A stretch of 64,000 nucleotides of DNA. It comes from Vicugna vicugna (Eukaryota). Location: the NCBI GenBank assembly GCA_013265495.1, contig MU058844.1, positions 2,149,520 to 2,213,519 of the forward strand, read 5' to 3'. The notes under the pieces are model-generated. The model was not told where the DNA came from and made no database searches. It worked only from the letters and a program-made list of their open reading frames with translations. The translations under genes and the position numbers were made by a program. Below are positions 25,151 to 39,970 of the stretch, piece by piece; position 1 is the first letter of the stretch, and every line of letters starts with the position of its first letter.

Positions 25151-26625
25151 ATTTGTATGGAATCCTCAAAGCACCCTCAACTCATCAAAGCAATTTTGAA
25201 GAAGAAAAGAGTTTAGTCCTCACACACACACACTATAAATACTACAAAGCAACAGTAATTAAAACTATATGGTACTGGCATAAAAACAGATGTACAGACC
25301 AATGAAACAGAACAGAGAACCCAGAAATAAACCCTTACACATATGGCTAAATGTTTTTTGACAAAGGGCGCCAAGTCTGCACAATGAGGAAACAGCAATT
25401 TCTTCAATAAAAAGTGCTGGAAAAATCTGAATATCCACGAACTAAAGAATGAAATTGTACTCTTATCTTAGACCGTGTACAAGATTTAACTCAAAATAGG
25501 TTAATGATCTAAATATAAAATCTAAAACTGTTAAACTCCTAGGAAAAAAAAAACAGAAAAAGACAATTAGATTTGCAATAATTTTTGAATGTGACAAAAA
25601 AAACAAAAAATTGACCACTGTGATTACATCAAACTTAAAAATTTTTGCGTGCCAAAAGAAACTATCAATAAAGTGAAAAGAAAACCTATGGAATGGAAGA
25701 AAATAATTGTAAATCATATATCCAATAAGGAGTTAATATCCAAATGGAAAAGGAACTTCTACAACTCAACAATAACAATGAAACTCCAAATAACTTGATT
25801 AAAAATAATCAAAGAATAGACTACTCCAATGAAGACATACAAATGACCAATAAGCACATTAAAAGATGCTCAGCATCACTAATCATTAGAGAAATACAAA
25901 ACAAAACCACAGTGAGATACTACTTCATACCCATCGGGATGGTCATTTTCAAAAGAACAGAGAAGAAAAATGTCATTAAAGATGTAGAGAAGTTGAAACC
26001 CTTGTGTAGTATTGGTAGGAATGTCCAGCCATTTTGGAAAAAAGTATGGAGGCTCCTCATACATTTAAAAATAAGATTACCATATGATCCAGTAATCCTA
26101 CTTCTGAGTATTTATCCAGAAGAACTCAAAGCAGGGTCTTGAAGAGATACTTGCATACTCATGTTCACTGCAGCACTATTCACAAAGGCCAACAGATGGA
26201 AGGAACCCAAATGTTCATGAATAGATAAATAGTTAATGAATATGTGGTATATACATACAATGGATTATTATGCAGCCTTAAAAGGGAAGAATATTCTGTT
26301 ACATTTTAGAGTAAGAACAAACTCCGAAGATACTATGCTAAGTTAAATAAACCAGTCACAAAAGGGCATATGCAGTATAATTCCACTCATATGAAATATC
26401 TAAAATCACAGAAACTGAAAGCAGAAATGTGGTTACCAAGTATTGGGGGCAGGAGAGTGCGGGAATTAGTGTCTAATGGATATAGAGTTTCAGTGGTGTG
26501 AAATGGAAATGTTCTAGAAATTTGCTGCACAACAATGTGATTATAATTAACACTACCAAAGTGTATGTTTAAAATGATTAAAATGGTAAATTCAATATTA
26601 TGTATTTTTACCATATTAAAAAAAA
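25150..26625 (+). mobile_element. Old L1 (L1MA/MB-like) ORF2 3' part and 3' UTR
   Basis: ORF 25744-26142 (EDIQMTNKHIKRCSASLIIREIQNKTTVRYY...LPYDPVILLLSIYPEELK) is the L1 ORF2p C-terminus. 'tactacaaagcaacagtaattaaaac..tggtactggcataaaaacaga' upstream; A-tail near 26625. Confidence 0.9.
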
Positions 26626-29600
26626 TCTAAAATTGGACATTGATGATTGCTGCACAATTCTGTGAATAAAATTTAAAAAACCCACTGAATTATACACTTT
26701 GGAAGTGTGAATTTTATTGCTGTAAAAAAATCACTATGGTTGTAAAAAATTAATCAATAGGAAAAAATTGGAAATAAACAAATGGTAATTTTAGAAATAC
26801 AACATATAAATGTTGAAATAAATAGGAAGTTTTAGCAAAACAGGTACACTTGATAAAACAAGTTCAATGAATAAAGAACATATTAAATATGGTTAGAGAG
26901 AAAATTAATGATATGTAAGATATATGAGAGGAAAAGCTTTAAAGAATGTTACAAAGAGATAAAAACATAGACAACAACAAAAAAGTGACTTTTAGAATTA
27001 AGAAAGCTAGAATACTTATTTTTAATATACATCTAAGAGGAGACCTATAAACAAAGAATTGAAAAAATGCAGGAGAAAAAAATATTTTAAAAGCTAATAC
27101 CTGAGAATTTTTTAGAACTGATTAAAACAGATGAATCCATTAATTCAAGAAGGAAAAATTACTTACAAAGGAACATCAGTTAGAATGATAGCAGATTTCT
27201 CCATAAAAAAGAAAACTGGAAGTCAGAAGATGGTGGTATAATATTTTCAAGTACTTGGGAGTAAAAATCTGATAATATATATATTTGTGAAAATTAATTA
27301 AAAAACTTTCAAAATAAAGACATGTATGGTTTGCCACCTAAGATATTTTAAAAAATAGTCTTCAAGGAGGAAAATGATCTCAGAAGAACTGTTTAAAGAG
27401 TAAGAAAAAATTGAACAAGTTAAATGACAAAATTTTAGAGAAATAAAGCATAGTAAATATCAAATTATAATGGTTATGTTTATGTAAATTTTAAAAAGGA
27501 CAGTAGAAATATTATATATAATTGATATGTAAAAGTATGTAAATTAGTAAAAGAAAGATAAATGAACATGTTTTAATCCCTTTTCTAATTAAAGAAAGGT
27601 GTCAGCCTATTGTTTTATTTTCCTAAGATAATTTCGCACGGTAAAATTTTAAAAGTAAGAAAAATCTGTAAAATCTATAAATTAAGACCCAATATATATA
27701 ATCTGACTAAGAAAAAAATAAAGAAAGATTTAATAAATCAAGCTTAAAAAGACAAAGGAGGAAAAAATTTTTTTAAACAGACAGAAATAAAGTTAAGATG
27801 GTAGAACTGAGTGTCAGTATATCAACATTCACAGTAACACTGAATTCATCAGCTAAAAAAATATGGCTTGCCATAATAACAGGGAAAAGGAAAATGTAAA
27901 AAGGCAGAAAAAGACATATGGGGTAAATACTAGTATGAGATCTGGTGTAACTCTAATCATATCAGACAAAACACACGTTAAGACAAAATGAATAATTATT
28001 ATATTATACAAATAACAGTGAAAATTGTGTATCAAAATAAGTTGAATCTATGATATGAGTAATTCAAGAATAATTTATTAAGGCTTTAATCATGCTACTG
28101 AATTGGAAATTAATGTAATAAATATTTAATTTGAAAAAGGATGATTTCCTTTAAAATATGAAATGAAAAATATGTTCATTATCACTATTTCTGTTCAGCA
28201 TCTTCTTTGCAGACCTTGCTAGCTCAATGGAAAAATAAAAAGAATGGACTGCACTAAGAATTAAAAGAAGAGAATAAAACTCTAAATTTTTGCAGATCAT
28301 AAGATTGCCTACATAGAAAACAAAAGATTCTACAGATACATTATTAGAACTAGTAAGAGAAAGTAGCATTTATTTACTTATTGAATCTCAGGTCTAATAC
28401 CATTTCTTTATGTTCTGTGATGCCGGGCTTGGGACTCCGATAACTAGTTGCTAGTTGCCTTTACCTGCAGAGGTTGAAACACTAGAGAAGAACTGATATG
28501 TGGAAGGAGAAGAAAAGGGACTTCCAGTGTAGGTCGTTTTGAGAATTTCTCAACTGACTCTAAAATTTATGTGGAAAAGCAATAAACCAAGAATAGCCAA
28601 GACACATCTGATGAAAAATGATGGTGGATTTGTCCAACAACAGGACAATATAAATAATTAAGATAGTGTGGTACTGACAAAGAATAGAAAAACTGATCAA
28701 TAGGATAGAATAGAAGATATAGAACCATATTCTCATTTATATGGAAATTTGATATATGAGAGATAACACTGCATACCAATAGGGAGAGTAGGAACTAGTC
28801 AATAAAAATAACCGGGAAAATTGAAAATTCACAAAGAAAAAAGGTTAACTTGAATTTTCCCTCTCACCCACAAAATCAATTCCAAACAGATGAAGTGATG
28901 TCAACCACAAAATTTAAAAATATTTAGAAGAAAAAAAAAGGTGAGTATATTTCTGATGTGGAGTCAGGAGTGATTTCTTAAGACAAATCATTAAGGAAGA
29001 AATTGATGAATTGGACTAAGTCATTATTAAGACTTCCTTTTCATCAAAAAATATTGTAAGAGGTTGTTCAACTCATTAGAAATTAGGACAGTGTAAAATA
29101 AAACCAGCAAAAGGATGTAATTTTTGCCTATTCAACTGTTAAAAATTAACTTTGACAATTTAAAAGATTGGAAGAGACATAACTTTCCTTATTTATTAAT
29201 GGCATGAATGTAAATTGGTAGAACTACTTCAGTGAATAATTTGGCATTATCTTGTAAAGTTAAAAATCCACTTATCCTATAACCCAGCAATTCCTTTTCT
29301 ACAGTGTTTCTTAAATCTTAATGTGACTATAAATAGTATAAAGATCTTGGTAAATTGCAAATTTTTAGGTATGAACCAAGATTTCATGCTTTTAGCAAGC
29401 TCCCAGGTGATACGCTACCAGTCAGCTCATACTTTGAGTAGCAAAATAAACCTGACACAAATTTGCATATGTCCAAAGGGAGATGTTTATAGAATATCCA
29501 TAATGGTTCTTTAAAAAATAGGAAGAGTGACAATAACCCAAATGTGCATCAATAGAAAAATTAGTAAGATGTAGCGTCCAATGAGCTATTACACTGTAGT

Positions 29601-29955
29601 AAAAAGGACTGAACTATGGCTAAACACAATAAGATGGATGACTCTTGGTAACAGAACAACTGAATGAAAAAGTAAGTCTGAGAAGACTGTGATATACTTT
29701 TCATAAAGTTCAATGCTAAATAAAATAAGACAATATATTGTTTATGTATAAATATATGTGATATAGTTATGAATTATGAACACAAAACCAAAATCTGATA
29801 AACACAAAATTCAGGACAATGGTTTTCATAATGAGAGTGGCCATTAGAAGGGCAGCACAGGCACAAAGGAAATAGGTTCATGGAGGTTACAGGCAACACT
29901 CTGCTTCTTAGACTGGATGCTTTACCCATAGGTGTCATTATGTTATTAAAAAAAT
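26626..29955 (+). mobile_element. Stack of ancient L1 fragments with nested LTR-like (~28390-28520) and MER5-like (~29300-29445) pieces
   Basis: Strongly A-rich. Decayed RT catalytic segment 'ttt gca gat cat aag att gcc tac ata gaa aac' (FADHKIAYIEN, cf. FADDMIVYLEN) at ~28289; 'cttatcctataacccagcaattcc' at ~29270. Confidence 0.7.
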
Positions 29956-30375
29956 GAATTTCAAAAATACATCAAAACCAAGAGAAAATAATATCTAATA
30001 CTATGTATTTTAGTACTTTGTACATATTTTAGCAGATTTTTCTCCACTCAATATTCTTATGCTTTAAGTCACCAAATTACAAATGAAGAAACTAAGGAAC
30101 AAAGAAGTAAGGTGACTTGCCCAGAGTTGTATAAATAATAAACGGCAACCAGAGGTTTCTCAAGACACAAAACTAGAGAGCATCCTTGCTTCTCTTACTT
30201 CTGAACCTCACATCCAGTTCATCAGCAATTTTTAATGACTAGACCACCAAAATGTATGCCATATTTGTCCATTTTCCCCCATCTCCACTTCTACCTTCCC
30301 TAGAGCAAGCTTCAGTTAAGCTGGTCTGAACAACCTCAATGTTTCTAACTAATCTTTCTGTTCCTTCTCTTCCTA

Positions 30376-30460
30376 TTATGGGTTGAACTGGGCCCCCTAA
30401 ATATTCTTATGTTGAAGTACTAACCTCAGTGCCTCAGAATAACCCTATTTGGAGGTCTCT
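30376..30460 (+). mobile_element. MLT1 LTR 5' fragment
   Basis: 'tatgggttgaactgggccccc..tatgttgaagtactaacctcagtgcctcagaat...tatttgga'. Confidence 0.65.
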
Positions 30461-32290
30461 GTAACGATTGGTCCAAAGCCTGTATTTTCAACCACTTGCA
30501 ACACGGTTCCTGTCAGGTTTCCAGGGTTAATTGTTGCTTCATGGGCCAATACATCATTGTAAGATTTGGGATGGGTAATATCCAAAGACGCTTTCATTCT
30601 AAAATCCCTCATAGACTAGTAGATCCCCTGGTTTGAAATAATCTATTCAGAGAGATCGTCTGGTATTCTATTCTCTTTTGGCTATTACATAGATTTCCAT
30701 TCTACATCAATTCAGTTTTAAATATTGCTGTAAAAAGATGAGGGAGAGGCCTGGAGAGATCATTTGTTCTGCTAATTACACTTGGCCAGCGTTAATTCTT
30801 TTGAGTAGTTCTATTCTCCAGACAAATACGTAGACTGAAAATCTGGGCCATTTTTATGGGACCTGAGCATTTTGTTGATAGGAACATGGCTTTTCTTCTC
30901 TTTAGTTAGTTAGACTAAACCTTTCCAAGATTTTGCAATCACTTTTTAGATCTGTCAACTCACTGGCAGGAAAAAAAAAAATTCCATCTGGCTGCTCATT
31001 TCTATTCCTTGGCATTTCCCCAGAAAAATTCTGGGATGAAGGTTCAATTTCAAATTTTCTTAATGGCCTTTAGTCCTGAATACAATCTTCTTAATTCTAG
31101 GTTTATTAGTAAAATTCTATTGGTCTAAGAAAACAATGACCTTTATTTGTGTAGATGGAAATCACAAGTACTGTGACCTCATGGCTATTAGGATGTATAA
31201 AGAGGTAATCAAATATTTTAGCCTTGAAAATGTCAAAATGCTGTCCAAATTCTTAACCAAGATTTGCTTACAAAAGGAGTTTTTTTTACTTAAAAGAATG
31301 AGAAATCTAATGCCATTTGCTAAACTTTTTGATCATGGCTTAGATGTCACGATTTAGATCATTTCAGTGAGAGACACTGCCTGGTAAATAGACATCCAAG
31401 ATTTTAGCAGGAAAGACTACCATCAATGCAAATAAAATACCACACTCTCAAAAGCTGATGTGCCCACTAAAATTATTTCCCAGATGCGTATTTTAAAAAG
31501 CCCTTGGGGGAGAGTTTCTTGACTATTATAATCTTGAGAGCTACCTCTAACTCCCAGTTCACCACCATTTTCATTGTTGTTTCAGCTATTGCTAAGGTTG
31601 GAGTTTCCTCAACTATTGCTAGCATTGTTTAAACTATTCTAGGGTTGTACTTTACCTCTGTTTACCTCGTTCCACTATCGAAGTTATTAAGCTAAAAAGG
31701 TAATACTGTAAAAAAAAAAGTAAGCCTGATGAATGTCAGAAAGTAACTCTAGAGCAATTTTAGCTTATCTTTTTGCAATAGATACATTTCTAAATATTCT
31801 CAATTTCAAACAGGACAATCATTCTGAGTTTGCCTTCATCTCTAGCCTTTTTCTATCCTTCCCAAGACATAAGAAACAAGTGGAATTATATTTCACTTAG
31901 ACTTTGAAAAAGCAATTGGAGATACACTTCAGCGTGATGTGTAACCATGATAAGTGCTGCCCCACTCAGCACCAGAGAAGTCTTTCATTTCTGTACTTTT
32001 TTCTAAAGTGTATCTAATTCTCTCTGATGAAGTATCAGGCAGAAGTCTGCCAGGTTCCAAAAAATTCTTTTACGGTAGAAATAAAATACTTTCTTTGTTT
32101 CTCAAGTAAACCCATCAAATAAACCTGCTGAGCTGAAGCATTTAGATATGCAGATTCCAACAGCATGAGTCCAAGATCGCCCCCCTTGAGAGGATGAGAA
32201 TGTTCAGCTTAGGATAAATGAATTCTCTCTCACTTGCACCTTTTCCATCTCAAGTTTATTATTCATCTGGGATGTAAGCTGTGGTGCTCG

Positions 32291-32386
32291 CTCCTCTCTC
32301 CCTTCCTCTTCCTTTTCTTCTTCCTTCTTATTTTTCTTTTCCTTCTTCTTCTTCCTCTTCTCCTCCTCCTTCTTCCCTCCTCCTTT
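32291..32386. repeat. Polypyrimidine (CTT/CCT) low-complexity tract
   Basis: About 95 nt almost entirely C/T. Confidence 0.9.
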
Positions 32387-33379
32387 TCTGACACTAAGTG
32401 TCTGGTTGAGTGATTACTTCTTTGATCTTTGGTATCTTCACACGTAAGTAAAAGAAGACTCGAATAAATGAGCCCACAGTCTTTTGGGCTTGAAGATTCT
32501 GTGATTTTTTTTTTAACTGATTCAAGGCCACAAAGCTAGATTTGGGATCACCAGGTGTCTTGACTGCCTATCCCAATATTCTTCCTATTGGTCCCCTTGA
32601 TGAGTAGGAGCCAGAGATACAAGTAACCCAGGCAACTGCAGGGAGCAGGACTAGATGTAAGCCATCCTGCAGAGGTGGACTTGACTCATCTTGGGTTTCT
32701 GCCCCTTTTACAATCTCTCAACAGTTTATGGTTTCCAGATGGTCCACTCAGTCTCCAGTAGCCTTATCCTACCTGAAGGCTGCTCAGAGGCATTGCTAAG
32801 AGGGACACCCAAGGCAGAGAGTAATGCACAGGCTCTTCTCCCTTCTTATAGTCTCAAGAAGAAACAGGTTACTCAGTTTTGTAGATGCAAACTGGTTCCC
32901 TCTTTTCCTTAGTTCAAAGACTTAATACATACTACCTACCCTTTTCCAGTGATCTCACCTCTACAGAACTCTCTCACCCCCATAATAAGCTCCCTCTGCC
33001 TTCTCTGGTCATATCCGATTTTACTATGACCTGAGATGAGCCAGTAATATGCTTTCCTTTAGGAGTATGAACACTTTAAAGGAGACACAGAGATGAATGT
33101 GGTCACCCTGAGGCAGTAAACTAAAGATGAAATCCACCAACTCCTGGATGATGAGCAGAAGCCTATGGGTGGCTCTTTGTTAGTTTCCTTCTAAAACTGC
33201 ATTGATTTGTTTGTTTGCTTTGGGGTTTTTTGTTTGTATGTTTATTATATATTTGTTGTTTGTTTTCTCTTCCTTTCTTACTTCCTTACAAGTAACACTG
33301 GTATCTTTCTAATGACTCTCTCTGTTTAAATTAGCAAGAGTTGTTACGGCTGTAACTCAAAGAACCTGCATTGATTCAG

Positions 33380-33662
33380 GATGGTTTCCTCCTTCAGATC
33401 CTTATACAATGTCACCTTGCTCAGACTCCCTTAACTACTTTTTGAAATCTCTTCACACATCCTAGCACATTCCTCCATATTTGTTACCACCTAAAAGGCA
33501 TATTTTATTTATTTACATTCTCTTATTATTATTTTACCCCTAATAGAATACAAGTTCCACGGAGGCAGATATTTCAGTCTTCTACTTCCAGTGCTTTATC
33601 TCAGGGCCTAGTATAGCCCCTGGCACATGTAAGTCACTTAATAAATACCTGCTGAATGCATA
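33380..33662 (+). mobile_element. LINE-2 3' end
   Basis: 'tagaatacaagttccacggaggcaga...cagggcctagtatagcccctggcacatgtaagtcacttaataaatacctgctgaatg'. Confidence 0.8.
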
Positions 33663-36349
33663 GACATTTATGGGACTAAAGTATTGGAGTACCATGTCTC
33701 TCTCTCACTCTGGAGTTTGAGTCTCTTAATGAACTCTTCTCCCTTCTTTCTCTTCTTTCTCTCTTTCTTCCTCTGTCTCTCTCTCTCTTTTTTCCACAAG
33801 GCCACTTTTGCTTGTTGGTTTGCCTTTTTTGCTAGTTGACAGATTTGTAAGATGACACAGAATAAAATTTTCCCTATCAGATGTATGCCTAGGGCTCACC
33901 ATTGTCACCTATCTAATAATGTAGATTTAGGTATGGGCTTGGGGAAAACTCAGGCTGTCTTCAGTGCTGTTGGCCTCTGATGTCTGACCTTATTCTAGAA
34001 AAAGAGTGTCTTCATTTGGGTCCCCCAGAGTAATAGAATAACACTGAGGAGGAGGAAACTAGCTCAAATAAATTTGCATCAGTATGGCTTTGACTTCTGC
34101 TCATTTATTCTTCAGATGTCTGGGATGGAGCAGAGGAGTGGAAGGCAGGACAGGATAGAGACAGAGTGAGCCCTTGGTCTTCCCACTACTCAACATCTTT
34201 TTCTCCTGGGATATTGAAATTGAAAAGTTAAGAGAAAAGACCAATGTCAAGAAAATACAATAAACAGAAATAGCTTGATGAAAGCCAGATTCCTTGTTTC
34301 ACATGTAATCTAACAGGTTTACTCACATTATTTTCAAAAAGTGCTAGAACATTCCATCCAAAGAAATAAAATAGGTTCACTTTTAGGATAAAATAAATAT
34401 ACACAAATTCTAGAAGATGACATAAAACTTTTTTCTTCGTTTAGGGACATCCCCTGTAATGCTTTTTTTCCTTTCTTACAGGAAATACAACAGGATTAGA
34501 AAATTGTGACATTTAAATCAGTTTTACTGAAGAGGAGAAAAATGGAACACCTGCAAAAACTCTTTTAAAAGCCCCCCCCCCCCAAATCAGCCTACCTTGC
34601 TTTTATGTTTTGGACTACAGAGTGAAGAAAACTTTGTCATCTAGTGTCTTAATTATTAGGTAGGAGAAATACGAGACATACATTTAGATGTTACCAAGGG
34701 CCCAGAGTTTCTTACTAGTTCTTTCTGATCTGAAGGGAACTTCTTTTTTATTAGTTCACTCCTTCTGAACTGAAATATTTGATTTCTTAGCACCACGTCT
34801 CTGCTCTCTACTCTAGCTCTCCCCCTATTCTTTGCGGAATGGATCCTTGTAGAAACTTCATGAAGGGAGGAAGTATCACTTAAAGAAATTTGCGAGAAAT
34901 AACAAAAGCATATGAAATCATCCACTTACATTGTAAACCATGATGTGGGTCTAGTTGTTCCGAGATATTATGAAGACTGCACATTTTTAATGAGGATCAA
35001 CATTATCGATAAGGATAAACTTTGAGTATCATGAAAAAAATCTACCACAGATAAGAAATATAAGTCCTTATCATCACCTACTCCAAAATGTTAAAGGAGA
35101 AAGAGAACTTTTAAGGTGCTCAAATGCCAGCAGTTTTCATATCCTTTAGCGCCCTCCAACCCACATTTCATGCCTTAGATAACCTCTACTTGGCTAAATA
35201 ATGATTGACCGAATATATCTGGCAAGGTGATCATTAGCAATAATTCTAACACTCCTTTGAAGGCTCAGTCTGATCACTCAACACTCAATACATCATACCT
35301 TCCCACGCCTGTGTCCAAATGCTTTGGGTGGATTTAAATGCCATTTTTTCCTGTAAAGTCTGTATTGTCTCCCATGGTGATATCAAATCACATTATCTTT
35401 TTTTGAACTTCTTCCTCCTTGTCCATCCTTCTCCACACACCTATATTTCTTTCTTTCTCTTCTCCATGTGAACCCTCTGACATTCACCGCCGTCTCTTGG
35501 CACATACGCCTTTGCATCTTGCATTAAGTTTGTTTACACACCTCTTTTCCACCTATCTGGAAGATGAATTCTGTGGAAGAGGTGTTAATCTCCCTTTATT
35601 CAAATGATTACTAAGGATAACACTTTTGCTGAGAAGGGTGCTTGGCTTGGGGGACACAACGTGGCTTCTCAACTGTAACTGATGTCTGCTAAATGGCCAA
35701 AGCATCTGTTGTGCTGGACCAGTGGGAAAGAGTAAAGTTTCCTTTCTCTACACTAGGGGAATAAGTTCACAATAATAAAGAAGCAAGCAAAATGAATTAA
35801 CGCTAAAGACTAATTAATATCTTTTGCAAAGATGTTTCTAAGTTTCCCAAGAGATAGATGTGATGCGTGGAAATAGGGATCCTGTCAACACTGGAGCTGA
35901 CGGTTTGCCTACAGCGCACCCCACCCATCCCAAGGGGCTTTTAAAATGGATCGTTATGATAGATTCCATCTGGAGAAAATGGAAAGAAAATGACGATGCA
36001 GGTTTTTCGTTACAGTTCCCACAACTGGCATAGCAGCCAATTGGCAGAGTGTAAATTCCAGGTTTCTCTACTTTTCTCTCCCTTCTCATAAGCTATGGAA
36101 AGTTCTAAATTTTAAAGGACAACAAGGCTATATTTCAAAGGTGACAGAGTGAAATTCTATGCTGTTCTCTCTACCTCAAGCTTAAGTAACTCTTTAACAA
36201 CCGATCACAGTATATAGCAAAAGAACCGCCCTCCACCCCAGCTTTGAATACCTCTGCTGTAGGCCCTGGTCTCTCAGGAAGCACAAGGGAAAAGAAAATG
36301 GTTGAGATTGATCAGGAATCAAATTTTAATAAAAATTACAGAGTGAACA

Positions 36350-36525
36350 TTTTCAGACCGTTATGTTTGAACAATCTGAATTAGAAGCACCATGAAGCCA
36401 TAATAAAAGTGTACATTCCTGGGCTTCATCTCAAAGTTACCAAGTCAGAATCTCTGAAACGAAAGCTTAGGAACATGAAAATTGGAAAAGTTTCCTGGAT
36501 GATTCTCAATTTTAAGCATTTCTTA
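36350..36525. mobile_element. MER5-like DNA transposon
   Basis: 'attagaagcacc...attcctgggcttcatc...aagtcagaatctctg...aagtttcctggatgattct'. Confidence 0.55.
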
Positions 36526-37681
36526 GGAAAGGGTGTGGAAAAAATATTGAAAATTTCTAGAAGGAATCCTCATTTTAAAACATGCTTCTTTTTATCTTTT
36601 TGGGTTATTTATGGAAGATATTTTAAAACTCTGAATGTTGATTATTGTTCTTCTAAGAATTTAGAAATGGGTAAAGCATATATTTACAGTTACTTTGAGG
36701 TACTTTCCCTAATATTCATGGAATGAATAATAAGTTAAAAGCAATGCAATTAAGTAGCCATTAAAGGACTTAAAAAGCAAAAACAAAAAAACCAAAACAC
36801 ACATTCTTGCATAAAGTTTATGATTTACGCAAAAATCCACGAAATGATTGTAGGGAGTGAGTTGTCAACTTACAAAGCCAACAGCTTGGAGGCTTTTTGA
36901 GCAGTTGAAAATGAATTTAACAGTGAAAATATTTATTGTCCTTTGGCTGAAAATATTATTTGAAATTAATTTGTTTGGCTTGGGAGAAATTTGTGAAATG
37001 TATAGTGGATTATGTGGCCAGTTCTTTTGAGATTTCTAATATTTCAAATAAAATTTGCAATACTCTACCTGAGGGAAAAAATGCTTAGTGGCAAGTACTC
37101 CTGGCCAAGTCACTTTGGATTCCAATAACTTTGCTTTGCTTTATAAGAATTCTTTTCTATAAAATATGTATGCTTGTTCAATTTTCCCCTGGGACTTTTC
37201 TTTTTCTCTGACAATTCTCTTTAGCTAAATTCCAAGCAGATGTAAGAATAACTTTGATTATTATGGAAAATAGACAAAGATGAAAATAATAATAATCATG
37301 TCATTTTAGATATAGTTCTCTTTATAAACAAAACACTTGAGCTCACTACAAACTTTCAGGTAAATCTGAAGAAACTATTTTGTAGTTTGAGAAGGCAAGG
37401 AAAAAGCTATTTTGAAAACCCAATGTCTATAAGTCCTTTCATTGACGTGTTAAGTCTGATTTCAGTGTGCAAAGACTGCACAGAAACAGTTTCAAAGGGC
37501 TTCTGACAGTAATCCGATATCGTGCTATCTCATGTGGCCCTGCTGACCAAGTTTCCCACAGGCAGAATTAGAAAGTGTAAGTTTTTATAAAATTTTAATT
37601 TGATATTGGTCTTTCCTGATTGGTTTAGTAAAGTAAATCCATCTTTATTTACAGCAATCTCACACAGACACAGACACACGT

Positions 37682-37682
<1 letters not shown>

Positions 37683-37723
<41 letters not shown>

Positions 37724-37726
37724 ACA
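37683..37726. repeat. (CA)n microsatellite, interrupted
   Basis: About 22 CA units with two TA interruptions. Confidence 0.95.
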
Positions 37727-38279
37727 ATAAAATATTCACGATTCTAGAAATAAGATCTTCAGAATCAATATACACAGCTAAAATGATGTGTTACATATCA
37801 TTCTCTAAAATCTTCACAGTATAAAAATCAAATATGAGAAAACAAACTACTCAAATTGGATTTAGGGAAAAGATTTGACTGCGGGACATTTCAGTTACAA
37901 ACATAAGATATACCAAGCTCCTCTAATACTCTAGCACACACTTTGTACTTATTACATATAATTATTTCATAATAGCCTTAAACACAAATTATGGCAGAGA
38001 GTTGGAGTGGGTTTATTATAACAAATTAGTTTTTGAGAGACTGAATAACTGGCCAATAGATGGGGAGCTAGTATGGCACCTGAGTTCTTCTGAACTGTGG
38101 GGTAGACTAACTCTTCTATATCACTGGAATCTTTCATAGCACTTAGCAAGGTAAACGATTATTGAGTTACTGATCTAAAACGGAATTTTGTGACATTTCT
38201 TGGCTTAAAAACATGATCCAGTGGCCACATAATCAACCACTTTCCCTAATACTACTTTCTATTCATATCTTTCACATTG

Positions 38280-38284
<5 letters not shown>

Positions 38285-38313
<29 letters not shown>
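38285..38313. repeat. (AC)n microsatellite
   Basis: About 14 perfect units. Confidence 0.95.
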
Positions 38314-38316
<3 letters not shown>

Positions 38317-39939
38317 CCAGCTTATGTTAAGGCCATCAGCTATTGCCATCAAACTCTAAATAAATTACAAGCAAAGTAAATGATCAAAGACAATGATCAT
38401 TTCAAAATCTTTCTCCTCCTTGAACTTTCTGAAGTATTGAGCACTGTATGATCCTTAGAGGTACAAAATTAGTGATGAGATTTTTTTTTAATGCAAAAAA
38501 TAGTTGATAACTTTTCTTTCAGACTACCAAGTATCTTTTTAAAAAATTGGATAAAGAACAAAAACCATCTGTTTGAGGCTTTCACAACACAGTTGCAATC
38601 ACTTTATTTCTGCTTCCCTAATTTAGCAGATAGAGAGTGACGAATGGTTGGCAGTGCAGTTTATTTCTTCAGATTCAATAAATGAAATTCACAGTGGTTT
38701 CTGGAATCCCCATTACTATACACTGGCACCAACCATAGAATAACAAAGACGTATTTTATTTGGTTTTATTCAAGAAATGTAGGTTTGTATTACACTTCTT
38801 TAGCACTTTAGTTATTGTGGCCAAACAACAGCACCAAATATTTTTCTTTAGTGTTTCTAAGATAACTTTCTTTTTTGTCACCTCAATTAGAAATGGTATC
38901 CTTTTAATAGAAAAAGAAATAGCATCTTATTCAAAATTATGAATATGGAAAATATGGATGTGGTCTCTGGCCAGGAACATGAATGATTATTCCAACAAGA
39001 AAATGAAAAGAACATTGTTATACAACAGCCTAGCTCTTTCTAAAAGGATATCTGCCAAAGAAAAAGTCAGCCTTCCAATTACAGGTAGTGGACAAGATGT
39101 ACACAGTGCAAGGTTGAGTCATAAAGATAAATTATTTGTTAAAAAAAACTGTGAGATATAACTGATAATATATATATATATATAAATTAAAAATGCATTC
39201 AATTAAAAATACACATTTTAAAGGAACAAATACAAACAAAAAGATGTATGTTTGTTATATTAAAATATTGTACATGAGGAGAGGCATAAGAAAAATGAAT
39301 GGTAAAGTGAAAAATATTAATAAAACTCAACTGAGGTCTTTATGGACAATGAACACAATCGTCCATGCTTGAAGTCTGGCTAAATAAACAAACAGAATGC
39401 CAGTTTCCTGATTCATTAAGATGTGTCTGAGGGGCATTTTATGAACCAGCTTTTCATTGCAACTCTAGTAAGACCCTTCCATTCTAGCATTCTGACTCGT
39501 ATTCCTTCTAATGACACTGATATTGAAAGCTAACCTCCAATGATTGCCAACGTTCTGTGTTTTATATATTGATTTATACTAATTTTCAAAACAACCAATG
39601 AGATGTGTCATCATTACCTTTATTTTACTAATGAAAAAGATTGCGTGATTCATCCCAAGTCACAACTGGGTAGACACCTGACTCTGGAGTCCTGCCCAGC
39701 ATTGTTCTCCAGTTCTCACTGAAATCTGGTATATAGCTGAAGTCAGTGCTTAGCATTTGATTATGTATCACCTTTAGCTGTCCTTTAAAAAATAATTTGC
39801 CCTTCAGTGAGGAAACTACTATAACAATGTTTTTATTTAAAACGATTTTTCTTTAACATATTTAAAAACTTGAGAAAAATACAGAAAGTCCATGTTCATA
39901 GGTGATTTTTGTCCTAAAAGTTTTACTAAAGTATTTAGT

Positions 39940-39970
<31 letters not shown>

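Noticed and set aside
35143..35162. Partial CTCF-like matches (also ~11065 and ~32178)
   Set aside because: Only the GGCGC half fits; the CCA end of the core is missing.
37530..37824. ORFs with CV or HT repeats; poly-Lys ORF at 39902-40132
   Set aside because: Translations of a (CA)n microsatellite and of the poly(A)/gap.
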